Positions 17,675 through 26,583 of a stretch of DNA of 64,000 bases are shown piece by piece. The translations under genes were made by a program, and so were the position numbers. Below the pieces are notes generated by a model. The model saw only the letters and a program-made list of their open reading frames with translations, was not told where the DNA came from and did no database searches. The stretch's first letter is position 1; each line of letters starts with the position of its first letter. This stretch comes from a virus (taxonomy: Duplodnaviria; Caudoviricetes): the IMG/VR virus record IMGVR_UViG_3300005077_000001, positions 32,001 through 96,000 of that record; one strand, written 5' to 3'.

Positions 17675-18004
17675 ATGGCAGATTTTAGAATAGGTGTAAA
17701 AGTAAAGCCATTAAATGGTAGGGTTTTAATTAGGATAATGGATGGAGAAAGAAAATCAACAGGAGGAATAATTATTCCAGAATCCCAAGCTAGTACATTT
17801 TCCATAGGAATAGTAGAAGAAATTAGTGATGGTAAAGAAGAAAATGGTTATATTTATGACCATAAGGTTCAAAAAGGAGATCAAGTAATCTTTCATACAA
17901 CTTCCGGTTATCCTATCAGCGTTGATGAAATCAATTATAAAATCATGCCAGAGTCAGATTTATTTGCAATTATAAAGGAGGAATTACTATGCCAAAGAAC
18001 ATAG
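17675..18004 (+). CDS. groES: co-chaperonin GroES
   Basis: KPLNGRVLI...STGGIIIP mobile loop...KGDQVIF...IMPESDLFAII. Confidence 0.9.
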   Translation: MADFRIGVKVKPLNGRVLIRIMDGERKSTGGIIIPESQASTFSIGIVEEISDGKEENGYIYDHKVQKGDQVIFHTTSGYPISVDEINYKIMPESDLFAIIKEELLCQRT

Positions 18005-18213
18005 ATGCAAAAGGAGTAAAAGGAGAGCAGTTTATATTGCTAGATCCAGGTTCAACTATTAATAAAGCAGGAGTTAAGATGGGAAATCCCAAGACTTGGG
18101 GGTCAGTCAAGTCAAAACAACAACAATCAAATCAATATAATCAGATTATTTTGAGATTGATGGATGAACTTGCTACACAAACTAAGAAAGGTATTGAGGT
18201 TAAACGCTCATAA
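17989..18213 (+). CDS. hypothetical protein
   Basis: AGGAGG RBS; tiled. Confidence 0.6.
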   Translation: MPKNIDAKGVKGEQFILLDPGSTINKAGVKMGNPKTWGSVKSKQQQSNQYNQIILRLMDELATQTKKGIEVKRS

Positions 18214-18228
18214 GAAAGGAATAAAACT

Positions 18229-18621
18229 ATGTTAGTTGCCGAATACAAAATCATTCCAAAATCAGGGAATGTAAAAAAGCTATATGATGCTATGCTTGAT
18301 GGTAAGATAGAAGATCTAATTTTAGATGGTGGAGTTACTAAAGAGTATGTTGTTAAATATTTAACCAGTAAGAGAGACAGTGTTTGTGAGTATACTGTTA
18401 CAATAGAAAACGAAGAGCCTGTCGTACTAGAATTTGTTGCTGAATCAAGAGATGACGTGAAATTTCTATTGGAAATGTTTGAAACCAAAGATGTGGATGA
18501 ACTTCCTGTTAATCCAATTCCTATCGAATTTATTAAGGGTTACTTGGAAGGAAACAGAGATAGCTTGTTGTCTTTAAAACTTGGGAAAATGGATAAGGAT
18601 GAAAAATTAGAAGAGGAATAG
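18229..18621 (+). CDS. acidic hypothetical protein
   Basis: Tiled ORF. Confidence 0.65.
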   Translation: MLVAEYKIIPKSGNVKKLYDAMLDGKIEDLILDGGVTKEYVVKYLTSKRDSVCEYTVTIENEEPVVLEFVAESRDDVKFLLEMFETKDVDELPVNPIPIEFIKGYLEGNRDSLLSLKLGKMDKDEKLEEE

Positions 18622-18622
18622 A

Positions 18623-19195
18623 ATGACAAATAAACCACTTAGTGACCAAATTTATTACCCTATTACTGTGGGTTTAAATAATGGACCTCCTTCAACAGAT
18701 CCACATTTGGAAAAACAAAGAGAGTGGGATATTTTTTTTATGGGGGCGGCTAAATACATATCTACACATTCAAAGTGTTTAAGTAGAAAAATCGGTTCTG
18801 TAGCAGTAATAGATAAAATGATAGTCGCAGAAGGCTACAACGGTCCTCCTAGAGGAGTCCCTGTTTGTAGTACAAGAAATATGCCTCCAAATAATATTTG
18901 CCCTAGAAAGGCGTTGGGACTTAAAAGTGGAGAAGGATTAGATCTTTGTTTGGCAGAGCATAGCGAAAGCAATATTCTTGCTTCTGCTGCACGATTAGGT
19001 ATTAAATTAAAAGATTCTAGTATTTATATTTATGCTAACATAGGGCCTTGCCATCGTTGTTTAGGCTCTATGATTAATGCTGGGATTAAAGAAATTATAA
19101 TTCCTGAATGTGCAGTTTCTTATGATAACTTATCAGACTATATATTAAAATATAGTGATATAATAATAAGGCGAATACCGTATGAAGTTACCTAA
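18623..19195 (+). CDS. dCMP deaminase (ComEB-like)
   Basis: SKCLSRKIGSV; GYNGPPRG; HSESN; PCHRC. Confidence 0.9.
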   Translation: MTNKPLSDQIYYPITVGLNNGPPSTDPHLEKQREWDIFFMGAAKYISTHSKCLSRKIGSVAVIDKMIVAEGYNGPPRGVPVCSTRNMPPNNICPRKALGLKSGEGLDLCLAEHSESNILASAARLGIKLKDSSIYIYANIGPCHRCLGSMINAGIKEIIIPECAVSYDNLSDYILKYSDIIIRRIPYEVT

Positions 19196-19376
19196 AGAAT
19201 CTTTATTGGGGTCTATCACCGTAAATAAAGAAAAGGATGGTTCTAAAAGATATATCCCTATAGAATATTTATGTAGGAATTGTGGAGAAAAGATTGAATT
19301 AAAAAGAAAATCTTTAGATTCATTTTTTTATGAATGCTCTAATTGTGGCTTTAAAGAGGATGTAAACTTAAGGTAA
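19182..19376 (+). CDS. zinc-ribbon protein
   Basis: CRNC...CSNC. Confidence 0.6.
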   Translation: MKLPKESLLGSITVNKEKDGSKRYIPIEYLCRNCGEKIELKRKSLDSFFYECSNCGFKEDVNLR

Positions 19377-19385
19377 GGAGAGATT

Positions 19386-19808
19386 ATGTCAAAAATATTA
19401 TACTTAACTTCTACTAAAGAATCAATTGCAGAATTAAAAAGTTATATTGCTAGAGAATCTGATATGGAAATTCTTCCTGAATTTTCCTCAGGGGCTATAA
19501 TGCCAAAATTAATGGAAAAATTTGCTGATGTACTGCTTATTTCTGATTCTGTATTCAAAGAAAAAACTGCTGATTTTGTTAGGACTTTAAGACAAGGATT
19601 ACCCTGGTATTTACAAATACCTATTATTGTTATTGCTGATTCTGACACAATGACAGAAACTAGAACAGCGGAATTGTATACCGCAGGTGCTAATTATGTT
19701 AGACTACTAAAAACAGACGCTCGGGTTTTTTGGTCTATAGTAAGAGGCCAGATTGATTATACTGATTTATTAAAAAGTAATAATAGAATGGCCATGAGGC
19801 ACATTTAA
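19386..19808 (+). CDS. atypical (pseudo-)receiver domain protein
   Basis: KILYL...DVLLIS...LR...IPIIVI...AGANYV CheY-like pattern lacking acidic pocket, phospho-Asp and Lys. Confidence 0.6.
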   Translation: MSKILYLTSTKESIAELKSYIARESDMEILPEFSSGAIMPKLMEKFADVLLISDSVFKEKTADFVRTLRQGLPWYLQIPIIVIADSDTMTETRTAELYTAGANYVRLLKTDARVFWSIVRGQIDYTDLLKSNNRMAMRHI

Positions 19809-19835
19809 TTTAAAGGATAAGATAGGAGTATTAAT

Positions 19836-20063
19836 ATGAGTAAATTAAATGCTAAAGTTGGAGATTTATTTCTAATTCCTTTGTATGAAGAAAAAAGAAA
19901 AAAGCTAGAAGATTTAATGAAAATGGATATTAAAAAAAACCCTAATAATTTTTCTAAACGATCATGGGATATAATATTTCAAACTTTGGAGTTTGTTTTC
20001 AATAATACTCCTATTTCTATTTACCATAACAATAAAACAAAACCTAAAAAAGAAAGGAAATAA
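19836..20063 (+). CDS. hypothetical protein
   Basis: AGGAG RBS; tiled. Confidence 0.55.
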   Translation: MSKLNAKVGDLFLIPLYEEKRKKLEDLMKMDIKKNPNNFSKRSWDIIFQTLEFVFNNTPISIYHNNKTKPKKERK

Positions 20064-20065
20064 AG

Positions 20066-20623
20066 TTGGAAGATAAAGAATTTGGTGCTGGTAGAAGCAA
20101 AGTCATTGATCAGTTTCTACATGATAGGCTTTCAGAACGTCATTTCAAATTTTGGATGGATTATACTTCGCAATTTCCTCTACCGTTTCACAGACCTTCA
20201 AGTTCTACTGGAAAATACCATTTAGATAAAGATGGAAAAGGTCATACCATTGAAGAACACACTTTAGAACTTTTACAGTTTATTGATAAAACAGCAGTTG
20301 TTTTTGGTGATAGTAAAAAAGAACAAAATTATGACATTCTATTATTAGCAGCAGCATTACATGATTGCCAAAAGTATGGTGTCGCTTGTCAAAGAACTCA
20401 TACTGATAAAGAACATGGTTCTATTACAGCTAGAGGTATTTTAAAAGTAGGTACATCATTTGGACTAAGTGAAATGGAAAGTAAAATGTTAAGTCGTTTG
20501 GTTGAAATACATTCAGGTCGTTGGTCTACTTGTCCAGTTGATATTATGGAATTTCATCCTTTAGAATTATACATACATATAGCAGATTTTTCTTCATCTC
20601 GTCGTATATTAAAGTTTGATTAA
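20066..20623 (+). CDS. HD-domain phosphohydrolase
   Basis: PSSSTGKYH...EHT...ALHDCQKYG...HSGRW...IHIAD. Confidence 0.8.
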   Translation: MEDKEFGAGRSKVIDQFLHDRLSERHFKFWMDYTSQFPLPFHRPSSSTGKYHLDKDGKGHTIEEHTLELLQFIDKTAVVFGDSKKEQNYDILLLAAALHDCQKYGVACQRTHTDKEHGSITARGILKVGTSFGLSEMESKMLSRLVEIHSGRWSTCPVDIMEFHPLELYIHIADFSSSRRILKFD

Positions 20624-20634
20624 AGAGATTTATT

Positions 20635-21641
20635 ATGGGAAAAAAATCAACATATGAACAAAGAAAACAAATTGTGGATTTATATCTAAATGGATATTCT
20701 GCTAGAGAAGCATTGGATTTAGTAGAATTGTATGTGAAAAAGCTCTAAAAGAATTTGGATTTGAAAATAGAAATACTTTTAAACGTTTTCCATTAGAAAT
20801 AGAAAATAAGATTATATCTTTGTACCTAGACGATGGTCTCTCTATGACTAAGATAGGAGAGATTATTGGTTGTTCTTCTAGTACGGTATGTAGAGTCATT
20901 AAGGGAAGTAATGTAGATATGAGAGACAGAGGTTCGTATTGCAGAAGACATATGGTTAATGAAGACATTTTTTCTTTTCCACCTAAAACAGAAGAACAGT
21001 TTTATTGGCTGGGGTTTTTAATGGCAGACGGTATTGTACAAAAAACTTGGGTATCAATTAAATTACAGGAACGTGATAATAATCATCTTATTAAGTTTAG
21101 AGATTTCATAGGTTCGGACCAGATAATTTTTAGACAATTAACAAAAGATAAAAATAATAAAAGTCATAAAACATTTCCATGTGTTAAAATACAAATAAAT
21201 TCAGCCAAAATTGTAAGAGATTTAGAAAAATATAATATTATACCAAATAAGGTACATAAGTGCGAGATTATTCCTGAACTAAAAAACAATAGGCATTTTT
21301 GGAGAGGAATGGTTGATGGGGATGGTTCTTTATTTTTAACAAAAACAGGAAATTGGGTTTTATCTTTAACTGGTTCTTTAGATACAATAACTAATTTTAG
21401 AGAGTTTATTTTTCAATTTACAAATTCTTATCCAAAGATAAATAAAGTAGATTTAACTTATTTTATATCCTACGGTGGAAATGTTTTGGTAGGCGCATTA
21501 AGTAGTCTGTTGTATAAAAATTCTAATATTTACTTAGATAGAAAAAAAGAGAATGCGCTACTATTAGAGGAAAATAATAATTATAGGAAAAGCAGACTAC
21601 ATATTAATTATGATTTAATAGATGAAGTAGTATATGAATAG
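20635..21641 (+). CDS. LAGLIDADG homing endonuclease with N-terminal HTH repeats; -1 frameshift at ~20710 (track ORF 20820-21641)
   Basis: YWLGFLMADG and RGMVDGDGS; ATG 20635 MGKKSTYEQRKQIVDLYLNGYSARE continues in the next frame as SIGFSRIVCEKALK. Confidence 0.8.
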
Positions 21642-21655
21642 AAAGGAATGGGTAT

Positions 21656-21982
21656 ATGAACTATGTAACTTTCACAAAAAATGAATTTAACGGATTTTTA
21701 GAGGATATGTTGAAACGTAATACAAATGTATCTTATGTAGTATTTGATGATTCACCTGAGCAGTTTATTCTAAAACTAATTAATCTTAAAGTAGACATCT
21801 TATTTATGAATAAAGATGAAAAATCTGTAGCGTTAATATTTGATGCGAATAATCATCAAGATGAACCTTTTGCTGGGTGCCATTTAGAGGATAATGATTA
21901 TGACTTTTATAAAAAGAAGCTAAAAAACCCAAAAGGATTTGTTAGTACAGGCATTGAAACTGGTAAAATGGGACCAATTTAA
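21656..21982 (+). CDS. hypothetical protein
   Basis: Tiled ORF. Confidence 0.6.
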   Translation: MNYVTFTKNEFNGFLEDMLKRNTNVSYVVFDDSPEQFILKLINLKVDILFMNKDEKSVALIFDANNHQDEPFAGCHLEDNDYDFYKKKLKNPKGFVSTGIETGKMGPI

Positions 21983-22350
21983 TGAAATTAGCCATTGTGG
22001 GAAGTCGTTGTTACGCTTCTTTAGATCAATATAACACTTTTAAAAGAATGATATACGGAAATGCTGATGCTTTCTTACAATTAGGCGGTATAACAGAGAT
22101 AGTGAGTGGTGGTGCTGATGGTATAGATTCTTTTGCTGAACATTTTGCTGATGAAAACAATATTCCCAAAAAAATATTTTATCCAAAATGGGAATTATAT
22201 GGTAAAGCTGCTGGTCATTTAAGAAATAAGGAAATAGTAGATTATTGTGATTATTTAATTGCCTTCTGGGACGGTCAATCTAAAGGAACTAAAAATTCAA
22301 TAGATTTGGCAAGTAATCAAAAGAAGCTCTTAATTATCTGCAAAATATAA
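21982..22350 (+). CDS. SLOG-family protein (DUF2493/YspA-like)
   Basis: IVGSR; IVSGGADGID; YGKAAGHLRN; AFWDGQSKGT. Confidence 0.85.
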   Translation: MKLAIVGSRCYASLDQYNTFKRMIYGNADAFLQLGGITEIVSGGADGIDSFAEHFADENNIPKKIFYPKWELYGKAAGHLRNKEIVDYCDYLIAFWDGQSKGTKNSIDLASNQKKLLIICKI

Positions 22351-22369
22351 AAAAATATAAAGGAATAAA

Positions 22370-23464
22370 ATGTATCAACCTATATCCACTTCCTTACGCC
22401 CCTCTACGTTTGAAGAGGTGATTGGACAAGGTATTGTTGTAGAGTCTCTTCGTAGTATACTTAAATCTAATAAACTTGCAAATGGTTTTATTTTCTCAGG
22501 TCAAAGAGGTCTTGGTAAAACAACTCTAGCTAGGATATTTGCCAGAGGATTAAATTGTAATAATTTAACTTCGGAGGGAAATCCCTGTAATGAGTGTAGT
22601 AACTGTAAGTTATCTTTATTAGGTAAACATCCAGATATAATTGAATTAGATGCTATAAGCAATGGTAAAGTAGACGATATAAGAGGCCTATTAGATAGTG
22701 CTACTAAATATCCTATTTCAGGAAGTAAATATAAAGTTTTTATAGTGGATGAGGCACAAGGTCTTTCGGTTTCAATCAACGCTTGGGATACTCTTTTAAA
22801 AGAATTAGAAGAAAGAAAACCCCACGTATTCTGGATATTTTGTACTACTCAAAAAAATAAAATTCCTCTTACAATTAGAAGTCGTTTACTCTGTTTTGAT
22901 TTAAGATTAATTCCTACTGATACTATTTCTGAATATTTATCTACTTTAGACTATTTTAAAGATAGAAAAGTAGAAAAAAGAGTATTTGATTTATTATCTC
23001 TAAGGTCAAATAATTCTTTACGAGATGCTCTCACTTTAGTAGAAACCTATTCTCCATACTTGGATGTTGAAGGGTGGACTTATGATAAGATAATAGCTAT
23101 ATCTGGTACTTTTGATGTTTCTTTGCAAATTGAAATGTTTCATAAAATATTGGATAAGGATATAATTGGATTATGGTCTTTAATGGAACAATCAATAGCT
23201 TCTGGTTTAGACTTAACTCAATTATTCAATTCCTTAGTTAATCTAATAAATTTCTTGATGTCTATGGCTACTGGAAATGCAGATATTTGGTTGGAATACA
23301 AAGTACCCGACGCATTTGAGCTATATGATAAAGTGGCTAATCTAGGTCTTGAAAGACTAATTTTTATATCAAATGTAATTATTAATAGAAAAAGAGATTT
23401 TGATTCATTTGACAATAAAAAGTTTGTACTACAAACTATGTGTTTAGAATTATGTACTTTTTAG
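22370..23464 (+). CDS. dnaX: DNA polymerase III gamma/tau-like clamp-loader ATPase
   Basis: LRPSTFEEVIGQ; Walker A GQRGLGKTT; CNxxC-C-C Zn module; IIELDA; IVDEA; TIRSR; SLRDAL. Confidence 0.92.
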   Translation: MYQPISTSLRPSTFEEVIGQGIVVESLRSILKSNKLANGFIFSGQRGLGKTTLARIFARGLNCNNLTSEGNPCNECSNCKLSLLGKHPDIIELDAISNGKVDDIRGLLDSATKYPISGSKYKVFIVDEAQGLSVSINAWDTLLKELEERKPHVFWIFCTTQKNKIPLTIRSRLLCFDLRLIPTDTISEYLSTLDYFKDRKVEKRVFDLLSLRSNNSLRDALTLVETYSPYLDVEGWTYDKIIAISGTFDVSLQIEMFHKILDKDIIGLWSLMEQSIASGLDLTQLFNSLVNLINFLMSMATGNADIWLEYKVPDAFELYDKVANLGLERLIFISNVIINRKRDFDSFDNKKFVLQTMCLELCTF

Positions 23465-24297
23465 AAGGAATATCCTACATAGAAAAAACTAAAGAACCTC
23501 GCTTATATCTAAGCGGAGATAATGATTATCTAAAAAATTTCATAATAAATTATGTTAAAGATAAGACAGGAAAAATACCTTGTAACTATAAAGAAATAAA
23601 GACTAATCTTTTTTACACTAATAAGTTTTTTCCTATAACTACAGATAAAGTATTAAATCCAAAAGGGATATTAATTAAGGTTTCTAATAAAAAGGCTAAT
23701 AAAAAAGAGTTAAAAGAAAATAAACTAGAAGAGATTTCATGTTCTAATTTATTTCCTAGTCAAGTAAAGACTTTCATTAAAATTTGTTCTGATAAGTATG
23801 ATTTAGTTTTACCTGATGATATAGCAGACATCTTATATACTTATTTTAAAGATGATTTGGAAAAAATAGAGGATTACATTAAGATTATATACTATTCTCA
23901 ATTATTTGATAATTATTATATTATAGAGGATATAAATATATCAACATTTCGATTAGTTGAATGCGTAATAAAAGGAGACATCAATTCTGTTTTGCGCGGT
24001 CTTTATAATTTTAAAGACTATTTTGGAATAATATGGCTATTGATACTTAAATACAAAGAGGTTGGGCAATTCTTAGATGACCCTTCAAAATATAAAACTT
24101 CATTTATGTCTAAATACTATGCTGATTTGTCACGAGGTTACTCTAAAAAGGATATTACTCACATTTTAATATTCTTATCAAAATTATTGGAAAAGATAAA
24201 GCACAATAACTTAGCAAACAATACTGTGTTTATAAACGGTATAATACGAATAAAGCATTATAGGAAACTTGGAGATGCACAATGGCTGAAATACTAG
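23440..24297 (+). CDS. DNA polymerase III delta (HolA)-like clamp-loader subunit
   Basis: YLSGDNDYL; DDLEKIE; STFRLVECVIKGD; adjacent to dnaX. Confidence 0.6.
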   Translation: MFRIMYFLEGISYIEKTKEPRLYLSGDNDYLKNFIINYVKDKTGKIPCNYKEIKTNLFYTNKFFPITTDKVLNPKGILIKVSNKKANKKELKENKLEEISCSNLFPSQVKTFIKICSDKYDLVLPDDIADILYTYFKDDLEKIEDYIKIIYYSQLFDNYYIIEDINISTFRLVECVIKGDINSVLRGLYNFKDYFGIIWLLILKYKEVGQFLDDPSKYKTSFMSKYYADLSRGYSKKDITHILIFLSKLLEKIKHNNLANNTVFINGIIRIKHYRKLGDAQWLKY

Positions 24298-24680
24298 TAA
24301 CAGAAAAAGATAGAATTTACTATGCGAATGTTATTGATAAGTTAGGTTCTCTTTTTGATATTTTTGAATCTTTTCATAAGTATGATGGGATGCCTAATAT
24401 ACCAAATGAAGATATAATGGATTTTTTAATTAAATCTTTTAAAGAGTGGATTGTAAGTAAAGAAGGAGCAAGCTGGTTGGAAGATCTTGGTTATCATAAA
24501 AAAACAAAAGATGGCTCCTTTATAAAATATGAATTGGTGCAGGAATGTGAATGCTGCTCAGAGTTAATATCGGAGATTGAATTTTATACTTGTGAAAAAT
24601 GTGGGAAAAAGATTTGCAGTAGTTGTTCAAATATTGTTAATGAGGCTTATGACATAAGATGGTGTAATTCTTGTCTATAA
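24282..24680 (+). CDS. hypothetical protein with C-terminal Zn finger
   Basis: CECC, CEKC, CSSC, CNSC. Confidence 0.65.
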   Translation: MAEILVTEKDRIYYANVIDKLGSLFDIFESFHKYDGMPNIPNEDIMDFLIKSFKEWIVSKEGASWLEDLGYHKKTKDGSFIKYELVQECECCSELISEIEFYTCEKCGKKICSSCSNIVNEAYDIRWCNSCL

Positions 24681-24737
24681 ATTAATTAACTTTGTTAACG
24701 TAGGTAGATTATTATATTTTTTATAGGAGTATAGCCA

Positions 24738-24968
24738 ATGGCTGTAAAAACTCAAAAACCTGATATTAATGAAATTGGGGTTTTGTATGTTAAAAGCCGA
24801 ATTCGTCAAGAAGCAACTAGTGCTCGTAGCTTTAATCCTGCATCTATACAGGAATTTGAAACTAGAGACCCTCAGATGCGAATGATGTATGATTCTTTTA
24901 ATTTGCAATATCTGCAAGACTGGATACGTAGAATGAATCACTATCCAGGGATGAACACTAAAATTTAA
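24738..24968 (+). CDS. hypothetical protein
   Basis: AGGAG RBS after intergenic motif. Confidence 0.65.
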   Translation: MAVKTQKPDINEIGVLYVKSRIRQEATSARSFNPASIQEFETRDPQMRMMYDSFNLQYLQDWIRRMNHYPGMNTKI

Positions 24969-25125
24969 GGAGAAAAGTTGGCAAAGACTAAAAGAGATTG
25001 GCGTTCTACTAAAGAACACGATGAAGGTTGTTGTTGTAAAAAATGCTTACGTAAAGAAGAAGCTGAACTAAGAGGCAAATCGGGTAAAATTAGTAGAAAT
25101 AATTGGTTCATGTATGTAGAGTCTG

Positions 25126-25842
25126 ATGATGAGTCTGAAATATGATTTTATGAAATCTGGTGGAATTATATTAAAAAATATTCTACTACGATTATCAGAA
25201 GAAGTAAAGCCTGGTATTACAACCAAACAACTTGAAGTTTATCTAAAAGAGATGTTGTTAGAGTATAAAGTAATTTCTGGAACTAAAAACTTGAATGGAT
25301 TTCCAAGTTTTATTTGTATATCAGTAAATGAGGAATTACTTAGTGGTGTACCATCGAGTAGAGTTATAAGAAAAGGTGATATAGTTAAATTAGATTTAAC
25401 AATTAATTATAAGGGGTTTTACGTTGATAAAGCTGTGACTGTTCTTGTTGAGCCTAATGACTATAAACAAAAATATATTTTGAAGTGTGCTCAATTATGT
25501 CTAGATAATGCTTTGAGGTTTTGTAAAGAAGGAATATCAGTGTCAGAATTAGGAGATGTAATTCAAACAACGGCTAACTTCATGAAAGTAAAAGTAGTCA
25601 AGGATTATGGAGGTCATGGGGTAGGTTATGCTCCTCATATGGAACCTTTCATACCTAACTATTGTAATAATGATGGAACTAAATTATATGAAACATACTC
25701 TTTTACTATAGAGCCCGTTGTTGTTTTTGATAGTGTGACAACTTATAAAAAAGGTATGACAGTTATGGGCGATCCAATATCAGCTCATGTTGAAGAAACT
25801 GTTTTATTAACAGAAAATGGATATGAGGTGTTAACTAGGTGA
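25126..25842 (+). CDS. map: methionine aminopeptidase, type I (divergent)
   Basis: KPGITT; GFPSFICISVNE; DLTINYKGFYVD; GHGVG; HMEP; IEP; AHVEETV. Confidence 0.85.
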   Translation: MMSLKYDFMKSGGIILKNILLRLSEEVKPGITTKQLEVYLKEMLLEYKVISGTKNLNGFPSFICISVNEELLSGVPSSRVIRKGDIVKLDLTINYKGFYVDKAVTVLVEPNDYKQKYILKCAQLCLDNALRFCKEGISVSELGDVIQTTANFMKVKVVKDYGGHGVGYAPHMEPFIPNYCNNDGTKLYETYSFTIEPVVVFDSVTTYKKGMTVMGDPISAHVEETVLLTENGYEVLTR

Positions 25843-26174
25843 GTTTAGTATTGTTTATTATAATAAGTTACTCATTTTCTTTCATTGTAACACAGCAAAA
25901 AGTATTTGAGGAATTTAGAACTTTTTTGAATAATCTATATAATAGATATCCTTATTACCCCTTTAAAAAAGTATGCCAATTATTCAATTGTATTACCTGC
26001 ATGGGGTTTTGGGCTGGTGTTATTATTTGCTTGATGGGTTTTAATTTATTTGGTATTAGTAAATGGGATTTCTTTTTTAGTGGGTTATTGTCTAGTGTTT
26101 GTTGCTATTTTTTGGATTTAGGTAGAATGTTGATAGATAAATATTTGGTAGATAAATGGAGCATAGAATTGTGA
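25839..26174 (+). CDS. membrane protein, DUF1360-like
   Basis: TM segments with LFNCITCMGFW. Confidence 0.65.
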   Translation: MSLVLFIIISYSFSFIVTQQKVFEEFRTFLNNLYNRYPYYPFKKVCQLFNCITCMGFWAGVIICLMGFNLFGISKWDFFFSGLLSSVCCYFLDLGRMLIDKYLVDKWSIEL

Positions 26175-26572
26175 CAGGACAAAGTCTTAGAGCTAGAAAA
26201 GAGGCTCTAAAAAAGAAGAACGAAGATTTAGAAGGAGAAGCTTCTATTGGTACAGATTATGAATACCTCCTTTCTAAACAATTAGATATAATAAATAAAC
26301 AAAGTGACCAAATTGATAAACTAGTGTCTGCTTTAACAAGCACGGCTAAGTCTGTTACGGGCCCGCCCCAAACTATAATAGTAAAAGGGGTTGGGTTTGA
26401 AGGAGCCAGTCAAGAATATTTAGAGCAGGAAGAAAAGGATAATGATATCCTGTTTATTGATGATTTAGTAAGTACAGAAGATATTTCATCTTCTGGACAA
26501 TTAGAAAATGAAGCACATGTTGGAGAATCTATAGACGATAAAATAAAAAAACTTAGAGAACTTAAGAAATAA
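26156..26572 (+). CDS. hypothetical protein
   Basis: Tiled ORF upstream of the actin-like gene. Confidence 0.65.
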   Translation: MEHRIVTGQSLRARKEALKKKNEDLEGEASIGTDYEYLLSKQLDIINKQSDQIDKLVSALTSTAKSVTGPPQTIIVKGVGFEGASQEYLEQEEKDNDILFIDDLVSTEDISSSGQLENEAHVGESIDDKIKKLRELKK

Positions 26573-26583
26573 AGGAGGGTATA

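Noticed and set aside
22370-23464. Programmed -1 frameshift as in E. coli dnaX
   Set aside because: No in-frame A AAA AAG with stimulator noticed; the gene is already gamma-sized
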